Source of the DNA: Euglena gracilis
Lineage: Eukaryota
DNA length: 64,000 bases
NCBI GenBank assembly: GCA_039621445.1
Contig: CP154954.1
Coordinates: 49,455,847-49,519,846, forward strand
Reading direction: 5' to 3'
Shown here: positions 58,201 to 64,000 of the stretch, piece by piece
How positions within the stretch are numbered: the stretch's first letter is position 1
How the letters are laid out: each line of letters opens with the position of its first letter
Notes under the pieces: generated by a model
Seen by the model: the letters and a program-made list of their open reading frames with translations, nothing else
Told to the model about the DNA's origin: nothing
Database searches by the model: none
Program-made: the position numbers and the translations under genes

Positions 58201-60946
58201 CTGTGGGGGCCGCAGCCGGGTTCCATGCAAGAGGGTGCGTACGGGGGGTTGAGGAGGGGTGTCCCCCCTCCAACCCCCCCCCCCGGACCGGAGGGGGGTC
58301 CAGACCATACCATTGCTTACGGTGCGTCCGACCCCCCCCCCCAGGGGGGTTGACTGACTGGTTTTTTCGGAGTGACTGACTGGTTTTTGGCTCCAGACCA
58401 CCCCCCGTGGGTGGGGACGGCCAGGAATGGCTGAAAGGAGTGGCCACCCGGTGGCGAAGGCGCCGGAATTTTTGGGGGGATTTTGGGCCAGAATCCATTG
58501 GTTTTAGGGCATTTTGAGGGATGCTATGGATAAGACAGGCTTCGTATTTTCGCAATAATCCGAAAAGGAACCCCCCCCCAAATTGTGTGAAGTCCCCAGG
58601 AATGGAGGAAGTCCCCAGGAATGAATGGTATTTTTGTTTATTTTTTTCAATTTATTTCATGTGTCGAAATTTTTCCAGAATTTTATCAGCATTCAAAAAT
58701 CGCATTTTTTGTGCTCTTTTTGCACGGGCAAGAAGTTTTTCAGCCAGACTTTTCAGCAGAAGCCAAAAACGCCCCCCCCCCCCAATGGGCATTTCAGCAA
58801 CCAACCCAAAAGAGGCAGGCTCAGGGGCGCACACTGGGGACAGTGGTCCGTGCCGTGCCCCGAGCACCCCCACCGGCCCCGCCTTTGAGCCGACCCCCAG
58901 CGACCCGGTCGGCGCCGCCCCGCCCGCCCCCGCCCTCGCCTCGCCGGCCGGCCCCCCGCCGCCGGCCGACCCCCAGGCGGAGTTCGAGACCTTCGCGCAG
59001 TCCCTGCTGAAGTCGGTGGACGAGGCCGGGTGGCGGCCAGCGCTGCCCCGGCCCCGGCCTCCCCGCAGAGGCTGGCGGTGGGGTGGGGGGTGGCGTCCGA
59101 CCCCCGAGGGCGAGGCGCTCGATGGCCCCCGGGGCGGAAGAGAGCGTTGCCCCCCCCCCCAGAGGGGGGGGGGGTGACCCCCGGGTTTGCCACACCAGAG
59201 CTCCTCCCCCGGCCGGGGAGACACCCCAAATGGGAAACCGGGGTGAGGGCCACTCACCGAGCGGCACAGCGGAGGGGAACCGAAGTCAATGCCGCCATCC
59301 CCAAGGCGCTTTCGCTCAGTGGAGGGTCCCAAAGGGGGTCAGGGCAGGGGATAAAATGTGGTTTGCGTTTTTGTGCATTTTTTGCACTTTTTTTCAAATT
59401 TCCCAAAATGCGCATTTTTTTTCGCATTTTTCGATTTTTCCAACACATTTTTGCTTTTTGGCACACTTTTTTTTGTGATGGACACAATTTTAAGCATTTT
59501 TGATCATTTTTGCAATTTTCTGAAATTTTCAATTTTTAACATTTTCCTCAGAATTCTATGTGATTTTTTATAAAAAAAATTGGTGCCTTTTTTGCATGTT
59601 TTGGGGGTAATGTTTGCATTTTCGTGATTTTTTGTGCTGTTTCTCTCTGATTTTGCACATTTTTGGCATTTTCCCCAAAATGCGCATTTTTTGCAAGGCC
59701 GGGCTGGCGCTCCCCCCCCCGTTCAGGGTTAAAGAGGTTCCTCAGGTGTGCAAGAGGTTTTCTGAAGCTGGAGGGGATCTGACCCCCGGACGGGGGGGGG
59801 GGTTCCACACCAACCATTTAAGGTTAGTGTATGTCCCTACACCGCTGGAGTTACACCAGAGTTGCTCACCTGGCCAGGCGGAGCTACAAAAGAGCACTGG
59901 TGTAATTGGTACCTGGCGACTCACCACACAGCAAACTGGGCCAGAAGCGAAGCTAGCGCCGGCCATAAACAGACAAGAAGCTGTTGCGCAACTAGGGGAG
60001 GGGGGTCCACACACAGACAAAATGGGCCAGAGGCGAAAAACAGCGCCAGGCCAGAGGAATGGATATCCGGCACCAAACAAACAGCCACAGTGCACACAGT
60101 GGGGGGAGGTCCAGCCACCCAGCACCTTTTTTCCACCCACCAGCTCCAGTCCCCCTCAGGGGGCCGCTGAAATGAAGTCTGGCCCAGCCCAGCAGAGCAG
60201 GGCAGAATTTGGTGCAAAGCGTCGAAGATTTGTTGAACCTGCGTTCCAGCCAGGTCCTACCTGGCAGCCAGCTGGACCTCCCTCCCCTTGGACCCTCCCC
60301 CCCCCCCAGGGGGAGGGTCCTACCTTGTTTTCCCAGGTGGCCGTCTGGACCCCATCCACCCCCCCCCCTCACACCTCAAGTCTCGGTTTACCATTGGTGG
60401 GCCGAAGGTTGCTGCCCTCCCGTAGTGGCCGGAATGGGGTGGGGCAGCGCTGGCACCAGTCGGATGGTGAGAGGCTGCCTGTGGGCAAGGACCTCAGCGA
60501 GAAGCCACTGGGGCCCCCATCCGTGCAGTCGCTCTGTGGAGCCGAGGGCAGTGTGTCATTTTCCGCTTTTGAGAAGGCAACCCCGGAACCCCATTGTCCA
60601 CCCACAAGAAATTCCAAACCAAACCCACCAAAAGAATCTCACGAACACCGCATTAACAACAGTTTGCAAAAGCTGCCGGCCAGTCCGGTGGGGCTGGAGG
60701 TAATTGGGGGAGGGGGGGGGGGCAATTTATCAATTTATCGCCCGCAGGTGCTTTCCTTTGCTCTTGCCTGTATTTATTTCCTCCCATGCCACACCCCCGC
60801 CGTGCGAGTGGAACAGGTCGGGGGGGGGGGCTCCCAGCGGTTGCGTCGCCCCGACCTTCCTGGCCACCCGGGCCTTTCCCGCCGTGCTGCGGTTCGATAC
60901 CATCTTCCTCGACATCCTGAACGACCTCCACCTGGTGGCGTGCTGA
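45840..60946 (+). CDS. Probable multi-exon CCCH zinc-finger RNA-binding protein gene (may be more than one gene)
   Basis: PINTARYKTRCINW at ~46945-46990 with FAHG at ~47195; VCLDYLKGKCTRER at ~56876-56917; complete CEVWAATGQCKFGAKCNRLHP at ~58135-58197; GC3-rich exons at ~46300-46465, ~46700-46790, ~48615-48675, ~51000-51090, ~58860-59025; terminal FDTIFLDILNDLHLVAC* ending 60946. Confidence 0.65.
52356..52789. mobile_element. hAT-like MITE, TIR CAGGCATTTGCTTAAGG / CCTTAAGCAAATTCCTG, perfect 8-bp TSD (CCCTCAAG)
   Basis: CCCTCAAG at 52348-52355 and 52790-52797. Confidence 0.9.
55030..56603. mobile_element. 1.57-kb CAG-polyG TIR element with 7-bp TSD (CTGGGCG) and TTTTTGCAG tandem repeats
   Basis: CAGGGAGGGGCAAAA / TTTTGCCCCCCCCCCCCTG; CTGGGCG at 55023-55029 and 56604-56610. 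Confidence 0.82.
56055..56324. mobile_element. 270-bp hAT-like MITE with perfect 8-bp TSD (GTACCTTG), nested in the preceding element
   Basis: CAGGGATTTTTTTAAG / CTTAAAAAACCCCTG; GTACCTTG at 56047-56054 and 56325-56332; related copies at ~6489-6767 and ~42003-42500. Confidence 0.9.
59690..60660 (-). mobile_element. Second, diverged partial copy of the gag-like element's 5' region
   Basis: CCCTA..GCTGGA.TTACACCAGAGTTGCTCACC.GGCCAGGCGGAGC.ACAAAA at ~59834-59890 matches ~29145-29200; ~60510-60550 matches ~29742-29780. Confidence 0.7.
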
Positions 60947-61343
60947 CCCCCGCCAGGCAACCTGCGTCCAGGGGTTGCTGACGGCAGCCGCACAACGAAA
61001 AGAAAGGTTTGGCCCTTCTTTTTGAACTGCATGCGCCCCAACACTACATAGATGCCCCCCCCCCTTGTTGTTGGTTGAGCTTGTCCCCTTGGTTGAGCTT
61101 GTCCATGACACACCACAGGGGGGGGGGGGTACCAGCTCAGACATTAGATACGTAAAAGTGCAAGGGTGCAACATTTGCTTGACGAGGTTTGAAAAAGGTA
61201 TTTTATTTTTTTCAACCGAATTGTGTGAGCCACGCTTCTCCATTTCCTTTTTTATCACTTTTGCATCTGTGTTTCAGGATTTGCCCTTTTTTACAAGGAC
61301 AATAGCTCTTCACTTTGGGTCTGTGTCTTAAAGCATCTGACAG

Positions 61344-62480
61344 CAGGGGGGGGGAAAAATGCAACTTGCATAATTTGCATTTTTTTGCATAATCGGAATT
61401 TTCCGAAATTTGCATTTTTTTGCATTTTTTTGCATTTTTTTGCATAAAATATTTTGACCCGGAAAATTTTTTTTTGTAGTTGGTCGCCATATGTTTGCAT
61501 TTTTTTGCATTTTCTTTGCATTTTTTGCATTTTTTTTTGCATTTTTTGCATAAAATATTTTGTCCTGGAAAACTTTTTTGCAGTTGGTCGCCAATGTCAT
61601 GTTTTGTCTCTGGTCCCTCTGCAGTTGCCTGGGGTTTTTGGGGTCTCAGTGCTTGCTGTTGTCTTCCAGGAGGAGGTATTGCAAAAACTGGCTCCTACAC
61701 TAGACATTTACCCCCACACCCCCCCACACCCCCCCACACCCCCCCCCCCACACCCCCCCCACACCCCCCCCACACCCCCCCACACCCCCCCACATATGTT
61801 TGCAAATTGGAGGTCCCTCCAAAACCCGCCCAAGACCGCATTTTTTTCCTCACCGTCCAAATTGCACAATTTTCTCAAAGGTTTGAATGTCGGAGGTTTT
61901 TGAAGCAAAAAAATGGTTGAAATACCAAAAAATTGCCAAGAGAAAAAATGTCAATAAAATTTGAGTGTGCCAAAATTTGGGGCAGTTTTTTTGACTTTGT
62001 ATTTTATCACCACTCCTGAAAACAACTTAAACCTGAGAATTTTGGAATTTTTTTCATCAAAATGTATGTTTTTTCCGTGAAAAATTGGAGCCCAGATAGA
62101 CATTATCCAGGCCCACAGCCACCGATGAGGGGTCCGGTGGCCTACGGCCATTGCGGCGGCGGGGGGGGCGGGGGGGGGGTCCCCCCCCCCCCCCCACCCC
62201 CCCACACCCCCCCACACTTGTCTAGTGTAGGAGCCAGTTTTTGCAATATATGTCCAGGAGGTCTTCTTTGTGAATCATTGACAGGTATACACCGGCATTG
62301 TGACATGCCTATGGATTATAGGCAGCAACTCTGTTACATTCCAGCCTTTTCTCAGGGTTTTCTCAGGGTTTTCTTTGCAAGTTGCATTTTTTTGCATTTT
62401 TTTGCATTTTTTTGCATTTTTTTGCATTTTTTTGACTTGCATAATTTGAAGGGCCAAGTTGCATTTTCCCCCCCCCCCTG
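61344..62480. mobile_element. CAG-polyG TIR element with 7-bp TSD (CTGACAG) and TTTTTGCAT tandem repeats; a further inverted-repeat element is nested at ~61668-62260
   Basis: CAGGGGGGGGGAAAAATGCAACTTG / CAAGTTGCATTTTCCCCCCCCCCCTG; CTGACAG at 61337-61343 and 62481-62487. Confidence 0.85.
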
Positions 62481-64000
62481 CTGACAGGAAAAAGCCGTAA
62501 AAAATAAGGCAACAAAGAGGGAAAAAAAACACAACAGCAAAATGCAAAGAAAAGGGTGGAAACCTGCGGAAATAAAGAAATACCGAAATGCACCCCGACA
62601 ACATAATTTTTGATAAAGTTCGGGAAATATGTTATTTGGGACACCAAGGATTGACAAAAATTTTTCTAGGTTTGGCAGCCACGAAATTTTCCAACTTTTA
62701 TTCCCGGGCAGCAGTGCAGTCCACCGCTGGATGCCCAAGGTCTTCTGCTTAGGGTCTGTTGGAATTTTCATTGAAACGTTCCAGAAATTCTGTGCAGAAG
62801 TCGGTTTTGGATTCTGTTCGCATGCTCCCTCCCCCCCCTCCTTCTCCAATGCCCTGGCCAACGTATGTGGCAGTGTTGCTGCCCACTTCCCCCCTGCCTC
62901 TCCCTGCTCTCCCTCGCTGTGAGGACGAGCAAGCTTTTAAAAAAAAGAAACGGTGTACCGCCTATGATTCACTTGGGACATGCTTTACTGCCAAACTTTG
63001 TTTTGGTTGCTTTTACTGCCAAACTTTTTTGCCATCAGCCCTATGTGTTATGAAAACATGCAGAGGCTTATTATTCACTCAACGCGACGTTGGCAGTCAC
63101 AAAACAACCCCCCAAAAAATTGTGTTTGGAGTTGTCCCCTGGCTTGTTCTGATTAAGTCTTCAGGGAACTGTCATCCTGTCCATATTTTCCTATATTTTC
63201 AATTTTTCAATTCTTTTTTATGAGGTGTGGTGCCGTGAAAATTGCATCACTTATTCATCAACCTCGCCGGTCCCAATCCACCCGCCCACACCCTTCAAAC
63301 ACCCACCCCCCCCCTGGGGGTGGGGTCACGCAGGCGTCATGTGAATCTATAATGACCCCCAAATGGCGTTTCAGGTCTTCCGAAACATCATTGACCCCCT
63401 GTCATTTGATTTGGGGGGAGTTCATTGAACAAGAGCTATGGGTCTGGTTTTTTCCCAGGTGAAGGCCGGGGCCAGAAAATTTTTTCAGCGGTTCTGGGCC
63501 GATTTTGGCTGGATTTTGGGTGGTTGACCACCAAGGGGGGGGGGGGTGAGTGGGTTTTCGAAAAGTGGCTGGGTGGGTTTGGGGCTGGGAACAAAATGAC
63601 CTCCAGGGGGCCACCAAGTGAATCGATGTTTGGGGTTTGGGGTTTTTTTTAACTTGTGTCATCAGGTTTGTCTGCATCTGCGAGGTAGTCCGGAGACATT
63701 CCATTTGTCAGGTGGGGAGGAGGAAGTGGCTGGCCCGGCTTGATGGCGCCTCACTGGGTGTGGTTCAGGCTCGGCAGCGTGTCCCTCCCGCAGCCCTCCC
63801 TTCCCGCCAAACCAATCAAAATTTTCTGTGCCCCGCAGTCCGGCTGGGCCCTGCAACCCTCGCTTGTGCTGCCCTGTGGTGGTTGCCAGCACGGGGAGGG
63901 GCTACGTTTTCCACAGCGCATATGGGCATCGCACACACGTCAGAGTGTCCCAGACCAGGTTTATTTTTAACAACGCGACGAGGGGGCGCCTTGTGCGATG

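Noticed and set aside
59614-60981. 455-aa plus-strand ORF as a gene
   Set aside because: Mostly the antisense of a gag-like element copy; the real terminal exon is in another frame.
62650-64000. Possible terminal exons of another gene
   Set aside because: Short GC-rich stretches with no recognisable motif or resolvable splice pattern.

Overview
Eukaryotic, intron- and repeat-rich DNA that is very probably from a euglenid (Euglena-like). The evidence is inferential: small GC3-rich exons, GT-AG introns mixed with non-GT-AG introns showing the euglenid pattern (N3-CAG...CTG-N5|purine with paired ends), and interstitial TTAGGG/CCCTAA runs. Four protein-coding loci can be assembled by hand. (1) Minus strand, ~24090 to ~1620: eight CCHC zinc knuckles, an RRM-like segment and a Trf4/PAPD5-type non-canonical poly(A) polymerase, possibly a single Air1/2-Trf4 fusion gene. 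(2) Minus strand, ~35570 to ~33300: an unknown gene with a class I SAM-methyltransferase-like segment. (3) Plus strand, 35904 to ~44283: the C-terminal channel half of an IP3-receptor-like Ca2+ channel, with no N-terminal exons recognisable upstream. (4) Plus strand, ~45840 to 60946: a multi-CCCH zinc-finger gene. Introns are filled with microsatellites, a degenerate gag-only retroelement-like sequence and at least four families of TIR elements with 8-, 7-, 5- and 2-bp (TA) target-site duplications. The most suggestive observation is that the non-canonical introns have exactly the geometry (CAG...CTG ends, 3+5=8 flanking nt) expected from perfect removal of the CAG...CTG, 8-bp-TSD MITEs found in the same window. 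All exon boundaries were read by eye, and homopolymer sequencing errors are likely.
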